The notes beneath the pieces are model-generated. The model was not told where the DNA came from and did no database searches. It saw only the letters and a list, made by a program, of their open reading frames with translations. Shown here in pieces: positions 38,294 to 47,936 of a stretch of 64,000 bases of DNA. The position numbers and the translations under genes are program-made. Source of the DNA: an uncultured Gemmatimonadales bacterium (GTDB taxonomy: Bacteria > Gemmatimonadota > Gemmatimonadetes > Gemmatimonadales > GWC2-71-9); assembly GCA_963730915.1 (NCBI GenBank), contig CAVSTR010000003.1:426493-490492 (forward strand), written 5' to 3'. Within the stretch, counting starts at the first letter, position 1; every line of letters begins with the position of its first letter.

Positions 38294-39490
38294 TTACGAC
38301 GGAAGCTTTGCCACCTGAACAACACCCGTGCCAGGCGGGATATCAGGAGAGATCACATTCAGAACGATTGCCGTAGCGGTGCGGTTACGCGCGTGCACGA
38401 TCTGGAGCGTGGCCATGAGCTCGTTCACGCGCACCGTGCCATCCGAAAGCTTGGTGGGGCGGCGACGCACCTCGAATAAATCCCCCGGGGCCACACCGTG
38501 CTCTCGACCCTTGTCGATGAACACGACCATCTGCGGCTCCTTGAGATCCTGGCGGCCAAGCCCACCCAGCAAAGCACCCCGCACACCGTCGGCAACCGGA
38601 ACGGCGCGCACACCAGCGCCCTGCGTGAAGCTCTCCACTGGCAGCACTTGCTGACCGTTGCGGATGGGGCCGTACACGGCAACGATGCTGGCCAGATAGT
38701 GCCCGTCAACTGCTTCGGTTATTTGAGCCAAGCCCGTTGGGACGATCGCACGACCATATGGCTCGACTTCCTCGCCGATACGGACGGTGAGCAGAGTGTC
38801 ACCGACCTCGTACGTGGCACCCCGCGGAGCCGCCAGAGCGATTGTGGTGTACGGCAGCGCATTGGCGCGGCTGCTTGTTGCCTTGATTTGTGATGGGGTC
38901 ACCGGTCCGAGAACCTGTCCATACGGCAGCCGCTGATTCTCAGTCAGGAAGCCGGAGGAGTAGAACTCACTCGGCCGGAGCGGCCGATAGGGCTGATCGG
39001 TATACGCCTTGAGGATTTCGGCCACGGTGCGTGCGCGCTGAGACTCGAACAGCGGAGCCCACTCCTCTGCTGGGGTTTCGGCCGAGGAGGGCTGCTGAGG
39101 TCCGCGAGCGAGCGTTTCGCTGGAATCTCCAACTGTACCAACCGCGGAGGTATCGATCCCGGCAGGTATCGGCGTGTCCATGGTAGGAACCGCGGCGACG
39201 GTGGCATCGGGAGCGATACGAAGAATTTCACCAGGATAGATCCAATGAGGATCTTCCACCACATCAGTGTTCAGGCGGTAGATCCCGGGCCACAGAAAGG
39301 GATCCTTCAGGTACAGCTGGGCCAGGTCCCACAGCGTGTCGCCCTTGCGGACGGTGTGAGTCTTCGGCAGCGGCTCCTGCGCCAGCGCTCCCGTTGCCGG
39401 AACCGCCAGGGTAAGCACGGCCAGCCAGCCGAAGGCGCGAACCCCGCGCCGTAAAGGCCGGCGGTGACTGCAGGAAAACTTACGCGGCAT
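38294..39490 (-). CDS. LysM-domain peptidoglycan-binding protein
   Basis: Signal peptide after MPRKFSCSHRRPLRRGVRAFGWLAVLTLAVPATGALAQE. LysM motif HTVRKGDTLWDLAQLYLKDPFLWPGIYRLN...IYPGEILRI. Confidence 0.8.
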   Translation of the reverse strand: MPRKFSCSHRRPLRRGVRAFGWLAVLTLAVPATGALAQEPLPKTHTVRKGDTLWDLAQLYLKDPFLWPGIYRLNTDVVEDPHWIYPGEILRIAPDATVAAVPTMDTPIPAGIDTSAVGTVGDSSETLARGPQQPSSAETPAEEWAPLFESQRARTVAEILKAYTDQPYRPLRPSEFYSSGFLTENQRLPYGQVLGPVTPSQIKATSSRANALPYTTIALAAPRGATYEVGDTLLTVRIGEEVEPYGRAIVPTGLAQITEAVDGHYLASIVAVYGPIRNGQQVLPVESFTQGAGVRAVPVADGVRGALLGGLGRQDLKEPQMVVFIDKGREHGVAPGDLFEVRRRPTKLSDGTVRVNELMATLQIVHARNRTATAIVLNVISPDIPPGTGVVQVAKLPS

Positions 39491-39603
39491 CGGGGTCTCC
39501 CAGCGGCGTCGCTGTCTGTAGGGAACCAAGGACTCGACCGTACGCGAGATGTCTCGCCGGCGGAGTCGCAAAATCAACGCCACTGTGAAGCAGGGTGAGA
39601 TCT

Positions 39604-39625
39604 GTACCGCAACTTACTGCGGTAC
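39604..39625. other. perfect 8-bp hairpin GTACCGCA-acttac-TGCGGTAC in the ssb/LysM intergenic region
   Basis: Read directly from the sequence. There is no U-tract on either strand. Confidence 0.4.
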
Positions 39626-39692
39626 TTACGCATAGAGAGCAGTCAGGAGGTGCGGAGACAGCCCCAAGAAGTCTGGCGATCGGCGGGAGAAC

Positions 39693-39794
39693 GGGCGGAC
39701 AGCGGGGCAGCGGGGCCGCGGGGCCGCACCAGGCGAGCGAACCTCGTCACTGCTTCAACTCCCATTGAGCTGCCCCGCCGCCCCGCTGACCCGC
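39693..39794. repeat. octamer-arm inverted repeat element D
   Basis: gggcggac AGCGGGGC AGCGGGGC CGCGGGGC cgc (39693-39727) pairs with gCTGCCCCG CCGCCCCG CTGACCCG cc (39769-39794). The right arm abuts the ssb TAG. Confidence 0.75.
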
Positions 39795-40256
39795 CTAGAA
39801 CGGCAGGTCGTCGTCCTCGGCATCCAGGGCCTCGGGGAAATCGTCGAACGATTCCTTTCCCTTGGGCGCCGCTGCACCAGCCGCAACCTTGCTGGGTGCG
39901 GAGAAGGCCTCCGCGCCCTCCCCTTTGCCCGTAAGAAGGATGAGCTCGCGCCCGTTGATCTCAGTGGTGTAGCGAGTCTGACCCTCGCGATCCTGCCAGG
40001 AGCGATACTCGATGCTCCCCTCCACGTAGACCTTGTCTCCCTTCTTGCAGAACCGCTCCGCTATATCCGCCAGGTTGGAGAACTTGGTATTCCAGAACAC
40101 CACGCGGTGCCACTCCGTCTTCTCCTGCTTCTCACCCGCCTTGTCTTTCCACTGGCGGCTGGTGGCGATCGACAACGTTGCCACCCGGGACCCGTTGGAG
40201 GTGCTGCGGACTTCCGGATCTGCTCCCAGGTTTCCGACCAAAATGGCCTTGTTCAT
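39795..40256 (-). CDS. ssb: single-stranded DNA-binding protein
   Basis: MNKAILVGNLGADPEVRSTSNGSRVATLSIATSRQWKDK...TEWHRVVFW, with the acidic tail DAEDDDLPF. Confidence 0.95.
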   Translation of the reverse strand: MNKAILVGNLGADPEVRSTSNGSRVATLSIATSRQWKDKAGEKQEKTEWHRVVFWNTKFSNLADIAERFCKKGDKVYVEGSIEYRSWQDREGQTRYTTEINGRELILLTGKGEGAEAFSAPSKVAAGAAAPKGKESFDDFPEALDAEDDDLPF

Positions 40257-40369
40257 ACTCCGACTCACAGGGTACCTCCCGAGTTCGACGTGGGTCCGCG
40301 GTGAACCCGCGCATAATAGGGCGAGCACAAGCTCTGCTTCAAACCAATTGGCATTCGTTCTTACCCAAT

Positions 40370-40828
40370 CTACGCATGCTGCTTCAGTGCCAGCCAGAGC
40401 ACCAGGGCATCTTCCTTGGGATTTCGATAGTACGACGCCCGCTGACCAACCGGCCTGAATCCGGAGCTGAGATACAGCGCCAGCGCCGAACGGTTGGACT
40501 CGCGCACCTCCAGAAAGACTTCTTCCACCCGACGCTTGCGGAAGTAGGCCAGGGCGGAGCGGAGGAGAGCGCGCGCGACTCCCCGCCTTCTGAAATCCGG
40601 AGAAACGGCGAGGTTCAGAACTTCCCCGGTTCCAGCGACCTCGCGGGCGATCAGGTAGCCGGCAACTGCCTTACCCGCGTACGCCACCAGCCCAAACGAC
40701 CATGGCGAATCGAGCGCGTCACGGAAGCTGTTCTCGCTCCACGGATCGCTGAAGCAGCGGCGCTCGAGTGCCACGAGCGGGGCCGCATCAGCCGGGACTG
40801 CCGACCGAATCCGGTAAGGGACGTCCAT
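40370..40828 (-). CDS. rimI: ribosomal-protein-alanine N-acetyltransferase (GNAT)
   Basis: 152-aa ORF with the GNAT motif LAVSPDFRRRGVARALL, in the tsaE-tsaB-rimI gene order. Confidence 0.8.
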   Translation of the reverse strand: MDVPYRIRSAVPADAAPLVALERRCFSDPWSENSFRDALDSPWSFGLVAYAGKAVAGYLIAREVAGTGEVLNLAVSPDFRRRGVARALLRSALAYFRKRRVEEVFLEVRESNRSALALYLSSGFRPVGQRASYYRNPKEDALVLWLALKQHA

Positions 40829-41507
40829 GCACCATCTCCCACCTCGCCTGCGCTTCCGCAGGGCGGCCGTACACCGGCTCCCAGTCCGAGACCGAGTTCA
40901 CCAGTCGTGCACCACCGGTACGACCTACTAGCCCTAGGAGGCATGCAGCGTGGGGCGATCCAACTGGCGGCCCGACGACGGGCCGACCGGTCCACTTCTC
41001 TACCCGGCACAGTATCGGCTCCGGCGCGTCGCCTACGACGACGTCCGGCTCCAGCGCAAGCGCCATCAGCTCATCCAAGGTTCGTACCGAAGGAGCGAGC
41101 GCAGCATCGATCCGGTCACCGACGAAACGGTAGGCGGCCGCGTACACCTCTCCCCGAAGCGCACTGGAAATTGCCAGTACCAGACGGTTGTCCTGAGCCA
41201 CTCCAGCGGCGCGCACCAGGAGAGATGGCGCGACCCACAGCGGTAGGTGCCGGGTGTGCGCCAGCGCCTTGGCCATCGTCGCACCCACGCGAAGCCCCGT
41301 AAAGCTGCCCGGCCCATCGCTCAGGGCAATGCCACGCACATCGTCCAGCGAGGCTCCAGCCCGTCGGAGCAGGCTCTCCACCATCGAAACCAATGCAGCG
41401 GCGTGCCGCCTGGCACCGGGAAGATTCTCCTCGAGCGGCTCTTTGCCGCCAAGCTGGCTCACCGCCACGGAGGCAAGATCAGTCGCGGTATCAATGGCGA
41501 GCAGCAT
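40788..41507 (-). CDS. tsaB: tRNA t6A biosynthesis protein TsaB
   Basis: From the ATG at 41505-41507: MLLAIDTATDLASVAV...SDGPGSFTGLRVG. Confidence 0.85.
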   Translation of the reverse strand: MLLAIDTATDLASVAVSQLGGKEPLEENLPGARRHAAALVSMVESLLRRAGASLDDVRGIALSDGPGSFTGLRVGATMAKALAHTRHLPLWVAPSLLVRAAGVAQDNRLVLAISSALRGEVYAAAYRFVGDRIDAALAPSVRTLDELMALALEPDVVVGDAPEPILCRVEKWTGRPVVGPPVGSPHAACLLGLVGRTGGARLVNSVSDWEPVYGRPAEAQARWEMVHGRPLPDSVGSPG

Positions 41508-41918
41508 CAGAGTACTTCCAGCCCACGGCGTGCGGGATCGGTAAGGTGAAGTAGCCGGAAGCGCCGGCTCGGAGTCGGGATCCAACCTGAGGCACGCTCG
41601 GGCCACTCGATCAAGATCGCATCGCCTTCGGAGATGAGGCCCTCCCAGTCGAGATCAGCGGCCTCCTCCGGAGAACGCAGGCGGAAGCAGTCCAGATGGA
41701 ACACTGGCCCTCGCCGCCCGTGATACCGATGAACCAGTGCAGTAGGTCGGACTCGTCGCGGGTGCGGTGACGCCGAGGCCTCGAGCTACTGCCTTGATAA
41801 ACGTCGTCTTCCCTGCTCCCAGCTCGCCCTCGAACGTGAGCAGCTCCCCCGCGCGCAGCGCCCGGCCCAGCTCCTCTCCCCGGGCATCCAGCTCATCCAG
41901 CGTGAGTGCGTCGGTCAT
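41507..41918 (-). pseudogene. tsaE: tRNA t6A biosynthesis ATPase TsaE, one apparent frameshift
   Basis: The P-loop [12 protein letters not shown]...TSPT lies in ORF 41655-41918. [21 protein letters not shown]... lies in the frame of ORF 41507-41704. The junction is at about 41738-41746. Confidence 0.8.
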
Positions 41919-43960
41919 GCGTGCCGACGAATCTTGCCGGAGGGACTTCGGCGCACGTCCGGAGCACCGAGGGCTTTGAGCTCGTTGAGCTGATCCCGCA
42001 ACAAGGCGGCGGTCTCGAACTCGAGGTTGGACGCGGCCTCCCGCATCTGACGCTCGATGGAAGCGATGGCGGCCGCGCGCTTGGCTGGATCGTGGAGGTC
42101 AACCCGCTCGTGCAACGGTGCCCTCGGCTCCGGCCGCTCGGTGCGCGCATCAGCAACGTGGGTCGAAAGCCGCACCTCCTCCATCGATTTCACGATGGAT
42201 GTGGGTGTGATCCTATGCTCCTCGTTATACGCCTGCTGAATCGTACGGCGCCGGTCCATCTCTTCCAGGGCGCGCTGCATGGAGCCCGTGATCCGGTCGG
42301 CATACAGGATCGCTCGCCCATTGATGTGCCGCGCCGCGCGACCAATCGTCTGCACCAGCGAGCGATCGGAGCGGAGAAATCCTTCCTGGTCGGCGTCGAG
42401 GATTGCAACCAAGGAGACCTCGGGTAGATCGAGGCCTTCACGCAGAAGGTTGATTCCGACGAGCACGTCGAAATCTCCGAGCCGGAGACCCCGAAGGATC
42501 TCCATGCGCTCGATGGCATCGATGTCCGAATGGAGATAGCGCACCCGAACTCCCGCCTGCTGCAGGTAGTCGGTCAGATCCTCCGACATTCGCTTCGTCA
42601 GTGTCGTAACCAGTACCCGCTCCCCCCGACCCTCTCTGACCCGGATCTCGGAAAGCAGATCGTCCACTTGCCCTCGGACCGGCCGCACGTCCACTTCCGG
42701 ATCGACGAGACCGGTCGGACGGATGATCTGCTCGACCACAACACCCTCGGAAAGCTTGAGCTCGAGGTCTCCCGGTGTAGCCGAGAGATTCACCATCTGT
42801 GGTGCGAGTGCCATGAACTCATCGAAATGAAGCGGCCGGTTGTCCAGGGCCGACGGGAGGCGAAACCCATACTCGACCAGCGTCAGCTTTCGCGCCCGGT
42901 CTCCGTTGTACATCCCGCCGATTTGCGGCAGGGTCACATGCGACTCGTCGACGACCACCAGGTAATCGGGCGGGAAGTAGTCGATGAGACAGGCGGGCCG
43001 CTCTCCCGGCAGCCTATTGCTCAGGTGCCGCGAGTAGTTCTCGATGCCGGCACAGGTCCCCACCTCCAGCAGCATCTCGATGTCGAATGAGGTCCGGGAC
43101 TCGAGGCGCTGGGCCTCCAGCAGCTTGCCGGCGCCCTTGAGCTCGGCCAGTCGCACGGCCAGCTCCTCGCGAATAGCCCTCACCGCGCGCTCGATGGTCG
43201 GGCGCTGGGTCACGAAGTGCTTCGCCGGATAGATCGCACATTGGTCGAGCTGAGCGATAGTCTCGCCGGTCAGCGGATTGATCTTGCTGATTCGCTCGAC
43301 CTCATCCCCCCACAGCTCGATCCGGATGGCCTGCTCGGCATAGGCCGGGAATATCTCGACCGAGTCGCCCCGCACCCTGAACGTACCCTGCTCGAATGAG
43401 ACGTCATTTCGCCCATACTGAATGCGCACCAGCTCGGACAGGATCTCATCCCTTCCCCGCTGCTCTCCCCGCTTCACTGTGACCATGAGCTTGCGGTACT
43501 CGACCGGATCGCCCAAGCCGTAGATGGCACTGACCGTCGCCACGATCACGACATCGCCACGCTCCATCAGGCTCGATGTGGCTCTCAGCCTGAGACTCTC
43601 GATATCCTGATTGATGGAGGCGTCCTTCTCGATATACACATCGGTGGATGGGACGTACGCCTCGGGCTGGTAGTAGTCGTAGTAGGAGACGAAGTACTCG
43701 ACTGCATTGCGGGGCAGGAACTGGCGAAGCTCACCGTAGAGCTGCGCTGCAAGCGTCTTATTGTGGGAGAGCACCAGCGTTGGCTTGCCGTAGTTCGCGA
43801 TCGTGTGCGCCAGGGTCATCGTCTTACCCGACCCGGTTACCCCCAGCAGCGTTTGATACCTGTCTCCCCGCTGGAGTCCGGCTGTCAATTCAGCTATGGC
43901 CTTGGGCTGATCACCGGCGGGGTCGAACGGCGCTACGACTTCAAAACGCTGAGTAGTCAT
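41915..43960 (-). CDS. uvrB: excinuclease ABC subunit B
   Basis: 681-aa uninterrupted ORF with [16 protein letters not shown] and the C-terminal UVR domain ([11 protein letters not shown]). Confidence 0.97.
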   Translation of the reverse strand: MTTQRFEVVAPFDPAGDQPKAIAELTAGLQRGDRYQTLLGVTGSGKTMTLAHTIANYGKPTLVLSHNKTLAAQLYGELRQFLPRNAVEYFVSYYDYYQPEAYVPSTDVYIEKDASINQDIESLRLRATSSLMERGDVVIVATVSAIYGLGDPVEYRKLMVTVKRGEQRGRDEILSELVRIQYGRNDVSFEQGTFRVRGDSVEIFPAYAEQAIRIELWGDEVERISKINPLTGETIAQLDQCAIYPAKHFVTQRPTIERAVRAIREELAVRLAELKGAGKLLEAQRLESRTSFDIEMLLEVGTCAGIENYSRHLSNRLPGERPACLIDYFPPDYLVVVDESHVTLPQIGGMYNGDRARKLTLVEYGFRLPSALDNRPLHFDEFMALAPQMVNLSATPGDLELKLSEGVVVEQIIRPTGLVDPEVDVRPVRGQVDDLLSEIRVREGRGERVLVTTLTKRMSEDLTDYLQQAGVRVRYLHSDIDAIERMEILRGLRLGDFDVLVGINLLREGLDLPEVSLVAILDADQEGFLRSDRSLVQTIGRAARHINGRAILYADRITGSMQRALEEMDRRRTIQQAYNEEHRITPTSIVKSMEEVRLSTHVADARTERPEPRAPLHERVDLHDPAKRAAAIASIERQMREAASNLEFETAALLRDQLNELKALGAPDVRRSPSGKIRRHA

Positions 43961-44008
43961 CAGAGGGAATATAGCGTTGCCGGTGTTTCTTCGGGAGAGC
44001 CGCCGCCG

Positions 44009-44416
44009 CTACAGACCTGCCATCTGAAGCAGGCTCTTCCACTGATCCGGCGGCACCGGTATGACGGACAGACGGGACATGCGGACCAGTCCGAGATCGG
44101 AAAAACGGGGATCAGACTTGATGTGGGCCAGAGAAACCCGGTTCGGCAGCCGGCGCTCTGCGGTTACGTCTACCACGACAATCTTCGGATCGTCCTGCTT
44201 CGGATCGGGATACGGGTCACTGCTGATCCGGGCCAGGCCGACCAACTCCTTGCCCTGACCGGCGTGGTAGATGAGCGCCGCGTCTCCCTTCGACATGCTG
44301 CGGATGTGTTTGAGAGCGAGCGCGTTGGTCACGCCATCCCACACCGCATGACCCTCGCGCTCGAGTTGATCGTAGGGATAGACGTCCGTGTCGGTCTTCA
44401 GTATCCAGTAGGACAG
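44009..44416 (-). CDS. EVE (PUA-like) domain protein
   Basis: SYWILKTDTDVYPYDQLEREGHAVWDGVTNALALKHIRSMSKGDAALIYHAG. No ATG, GTG or TTG lies at the homologous start. A CTG at 44414-44416 is the only in-frame candidate, so the start is uncertain. Confidence 0.7.
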   Translation of the reverse strand: MSYWILKTDTDVYPYDQLEREGHAVWDGVTNALALKHIRSMSKGDAALIYHAGQGKELVGLARISSDPYPDPKQDDPKIVVVDVTAERRLPNRVSLAHIKSDPRFSDLGLVRMSRLSVIPVPPDQWKSLLQMAGL

Positions 44417-44423
44417 AGTGGGC

Positions 44424-44909
44424 CTACTTCGCGACCGCGAACGTCTTGGAGTCGACCGAATCTCCGTTGGCGTAGACCGTGATGCGGTACGCTCCGGGTG
44501 CCCAGCCCTTGGGCCGGGCGGCGAGCAGTGCGGTGTTCTCGCGACCCTTGGGCTGGATCGTCTTTGCTGCCGAGTCGATAACTTCACCCTTCTGGTTGGT
44601 CCATCGGGCGGAGAGCGCCGCGGTATCCGGCGAACCGACCGACCCCACCGAGACGTACACCGTCTCTGAAGGCGCGAACTGGAAGGTTGGCTCGGTGACG
44701 CGATTTCCCTCTCCGATGCGCTTTCCGATCATGACGTGCGTGATCTTGAGTGTCTTGGACGTCTCTTCGGCTTTGGCCGAGGCTGCCGCCGCCGCCGCAC
44801 TGTCAGCCGCCGCGCTCTCAGCCTGCTCTGCCCGGGAAGGTCCCCCCTGACAATTCACCACCAGGACCGAAATCAGCAGTGCGGCCCCCCCACGTGCCCC
44901 GTGAACCAT
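44424..44909 (-). CDS. hypothetical lipoprotein
   Basis: MVHGARGGAALLISVLVVNCQGG (lipobox), then an Ala-rich linker and a beta-rich domain. Confidence 0.55.
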   Translation of the reverse strand: MVHGARGGAALLISVLVVNCQGGPSRAEQAESAAADSAAAAAASAKAEETSKTLKITHVMIGKRIGEGNRVTEPTFQFAPSETVYVSVGSVGSPDTAALSARWTNQKGEVIDSAAKTIQPKGRENTALLAARPKGWAPGAYRITVYANGDSVDSKTFAVAK

Positions 44910-44928
44910 TCGCGCTCCTTGGATTCGA

Positions 44929-47091
44929 CTACTGGTTGGGTGGCGCTTCGCGCCGTTCGATTTCCGTGACACCTTTGACCTTCCGTACTGATTTCATCAC
45001 CTTGCCCAGGTGAGGAAGATTGTCTACCTCGACGAAGATAGTACCGAACACCGATCCATCCTTGGTGTGCAGGTCTGCGCCCCGGATGTTGGTGCCGGTC
45101 TGACTGATGGCTTCCATGATGTCGGCGTAGAGCCCGCGCCGGTCCTCGCCCGTGACCGCCAGGCGCACGGCAAACGCTTCCCCGGCCGTCTCCTGCCAAT
45201 CGATATCCACCCGCCTCCCATCCGCGGCCAGTGTGAGGAGGTTGGGACAGTCCGCACGGTGAATCGAAATTCCCCGCCCCTGGGTCACGTACCCGACCAC
45301 AGAGTCTCCCGGCACCGGCTGGCAGCACTGTGCGTAACGGACCATGAGCCCGTCGACGCCCTGAATCTTGATACCCCGGCCGAGGCGAATGCGATCGATA
45401 ACGCGTCCGAAGACGGTCGGCTTCGGCTCCTGTAGCTCGTCGCCCGGCAGGTCGGGATAGAGCGCCCGCATGACCTGACCGATTGGCACATCGCCCCGCC
45501 CGATGGCGATTTCGAGACCGGCCCCATCGGCAAGTGACAGCGTGACCGCAGCCTTGGCGAGCCGCACATCATCGGGCGGCTCCAGCCGCCGACGGCGAAC
45601 TTCACGGGCAAGGATCTCCTTACCCAGACTCCGGCTGACAGTCTCTTCCTCGTGATTGACCCACTGCTTGATCTTTTGGCGTGCGCGCGCGGTGCGTACA
45701 TGGCTCAGCCAGTCCCGACTCGGCTTGGCCGAGGCGCTGGTGAGAATCTCCACCGTGTCTCCGCTCTTGAGCTCACGGTGGAGCGGCGCGATCCGCCCGT
45801 TCACCTTGGCGCCCTGGCACTTGAGCCCGACCTCGGTATGGACGTGGAAGGCGAAGTCGATTGCCGTGGAGCCCTTCGGCAGCCGCTTCACGTCTCCCTG
45901 AGGCGTGAAGATGAAGATCTCGTCCTGATACAGGTCGATCTTCAGGAACTCGAGAAATTCCTCGGGGCTGTGGGTGTCCTGTTGCAGCTCGAGGAGTTGC
46001 CGGAACCAGCCCAGATGCTGATCCAGCTCATCCCGGGTTCCATCGCGCTTGTACACCCAGTGCGCCGCGATGCCGTACTCCGCAGTGCGGTGCATGTCCT
46101 GGGTGCGGATCTGCACTTCGAACAGCTGGCCGCCGGGCCCGAAGATCGTCGTGTGAAGTGACTGGTAGGCGTTCGACTTCGGACTGGCGATGTAGTCCTT
46201 GATCCGCTCCTGAATCGGCGTCCACTTGTGATGGATGATCCCCAGCACGTGGTAGCAGTCGGGCACGCTCCTGACGATCACTCGCACCGCCATGAGATCG
46301 TAGATCTCGTCGAACGCTTTGCCCCGCTTCTTCATTTTCTGAAAGATCGACCAGAGATGCTTCGGACGGCCGGTAACCTCGAACCAGTCGAGGCCGGCCG
46401 CCTGCAGCTCGACGTCGAGCGGGGTCTTGAGCTTCAGGATGGTCTGCTCACGGGCGGCCCGTTTGGCGGCGACCTGCAGGGCCAGGTCCCGGTAGTCGTC
46501 CGGCTCCAGGAATTTAAAAGCCAGATCCTCCAGCTCCGCCTTGATGCCGGCCATGCCGAATCTGTGCGCAAGCGGAGCGTAGATCTCGCGGGTCTCGAGA
46601 GCGATGCGGGTTCGGCGTTCCGGAGGCAGATGCTCGAGCGTGCGCATGTTGTGGAGCCGATCGCCCAGCTTGATGATGATGACCCGGGCATCCTTAGCGA
46701 TCGACAGCAGCAGCTTGCGATAGTTCTCGACCTGCTCCTCGGCGGACGAGTGAAACGTCAGGCTCGAGATCTTGGTGAGCCCGTCCACAATACCGGCGAC
46801 CTCGGGGCCGAACTCGCGGGCGATGTCCTCCATCCGGACATCGGAGTCTTCGACCACGTCATGCAGCAGGGCAGCCACAATCGTGGTGCTGTCCAGCAGC
46901 TGTTCGGCCAGGATCAGCGCCACCGCGATAGTATGGGAAACGAAGTCCTCTCCCGACATCCGCTTTTGCCCGCGATGGGCCGACGCGCTGAAGCGGAGCG
47001 CGCGCTCGACCAGCTCCAGGTCGAGTCTGTCGGCGTGACGCTCGAGCACCGCCCCGAGATCGGGAGCGAGCGATGGGAGGGTTCCGGTCAC
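44929..47091 (-). CDS. relA: bifunctional (p)ppGpp synthetase/hydrolase (RelA/SpoT family)
   Basis: 720-aa ORF with the HD motif LLHDVVEDS, the synthetase region YQSLHTT, and TGS and ACT C-terminal domains. Confidence 0.95.
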   Translation of the reverse strand: MTGTLPSLAPDLGAVLERHADRLDLELVERALRFSASAHRGQKRMSGEDFVSHTIAVALILAEQLLDSTTIVAALLHDVVEDSDVRMEDIAREFGPEVAGIVDGLTKISSLTFHSSAEEQVENYRKLLLSIAKDARVIIIKLGDRLHNMRTLEHLPPERRTRIALETREIYAPLAHRFGMAGIKAELEDLAFKFLEPDDYRDLALQVAAKRAAREQTILKLKTPLDVELQAAGLDWFEVTGRPKHLWSIFQKMKKRGKAFDEIYDLMAVRVIVRSVPDCYHVLGIIHHKWTPIQERIKDYIASPKSNAYQSLHTTIFGPGGQLFEVQIRTQDMHRTAEYGIAAHWVYKRDGTRDELDQHLGWFRQLLELQQDTHSPEEFLEFLKIDLYQDEIFIFTPQGDVKRLPKGSTAIDFAFHVHTEVGLKCQGAKVNGRIAPLHRELKSGDTVEILTSASAKPSRDWLSHVRTARARQKIKQWVNHEEETVSRSLGKEILAREVRRRRLEPPDDVRLAKAAVTLSLADGAGLEIAIGRGDVPIGQVMRALYPDLPGDELQEPKPTVFGRVIDRIRLGRGIKIQGVDGLMVRYAQCCQPVPGDSVVGYVTQGRGISIHRADCPNLLTLAADGRRVDIDWQETAGEAFAVRLAVTGEDRRGLYADIMEAISQTGTNIRGADLHTKDGSVFGTIFVEVDNLPHLGKVMKSVRKVKGVTEIERREAPPNQ

Positions 47092-47771
47092 AACAGTCCT
47101 GCTGCTGCGAAACTCACGAATCTGTCTCCTGCAATGATCACGTGGTCGTACACCGGTAAATCAAGCAGCTGTCCGGCTGAAACCAGCTGTTTGGTGGCTG
47201 CCCGATCTTCCGCCGACGGGGTAGGATCGCCACTGGGATGGTTGTGCACCACAATAATTCCAGCTGCTGCCTCGGCGATGGCCGGGCGGAACACCTCCCG
47301 CGGGTGCACCAGCGAGCTGTTCAACAGTCCGCGGGTGATCAGCACCTCGCGAAGCACCTGACTCTGACTGTCCAGCGCCAGGAGGTGAAACTCTTCCACC
47401 TGAAGATCCCGAAGCCTGGATCCAAATAGGCGGAGAACGTCTTCTGGTTCCCGGATGCGGTGAACCGGAGGCCGCTCCTCCCGTGCGTTCCGGGCACCCA
47501 GTTCGAACGCAGCCAGCAGACGTCCTGCCTTCGATGGGCCAATGCCACGGGAGCGGAGGAGTTCGGCTCCCGGCCGCTGGGCCAGACGGCGTAGGGATCC
47601 GCCACTCACCTCGAGGAGACGACACGCCAGCTCCAAGACGTCCTTGCCGCCCCCTCCTGTACCTAACAGGATGGCGAGAAGTTCGGCAGTCGTCAACGCA
47701 GCCGGCCCCAGGGACCACAACCGCTCACGGGGCCTGTCGGCTTCACGCAAGTTGGAGAACGGCAAGGCCAT
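47088..47771 (-). CDS. radC: RadC-family JAB-domain protein
   Basis: 227-aa ORF with the JAMM motif VVHNHPSGDPTPSAED. Its stop overlaps the relA start by 4 nt. Confidence 0.85.
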   Translation of the reverse strand: MALPFSNLREADRPRERLWSLGPAALTTAELLAILLGTGGGGKDVLELACRLLEVSGGSLRRLAQRPGAELLRSRGIGPSKAGRLLAAFELGARNAREERPPVHRIREPEDVLRLFGSRLRDLQVEEFHLLALDSQSQVLREVLITRGLLNSSLVHPREVFRPAIAEAAAGIIVVHNHPSGDPTPSAEDRAATKQLVSAGQLLDLPVYDHVIIAGDRFVSFAAAGLL

Positions 47772-47936
47772 AGCTCAGAATAGCCCGGCCGGAGGCACGG
47801 TGCTGTGCCATTATCCTGCCGCAACAAGACAACTTACGCTGAAGGTTCGGGCAGGCGGAAGCAGTGATTCGGGCGCTGGGAGGCGACGTCCCGGACTATC
47901 AGAAGAAGGCCGTGGTACGCCCGGAGCACCGGCAAT

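Noticed and set aside
22218-39794. Octamer repeat arrays as a CRISPR array or other spacer-repeat locus
   Set aside because: The units are only 8 nt, directly tandem with no spacers, and always paired with a reverse-complement array. No cas genes are present.
46228-47361. 377-aa plus-strand ORF
   Set aside because: It is antisense to relA/spoT and radC, and no motifs are present.
47790-47930. SRP (4.5S) RNA-like motifs GGTGCTGT and GGCGGAAGCAG in the radC/kinase spacer
   Set aside because: The GGAA tetraloop would be closed by only one or two base pairs. The conserved GGAAGCAGCC 3' strand is incomplete, and no convincing helix 8 could be folded by hand. A covariance-model scan would settle it.
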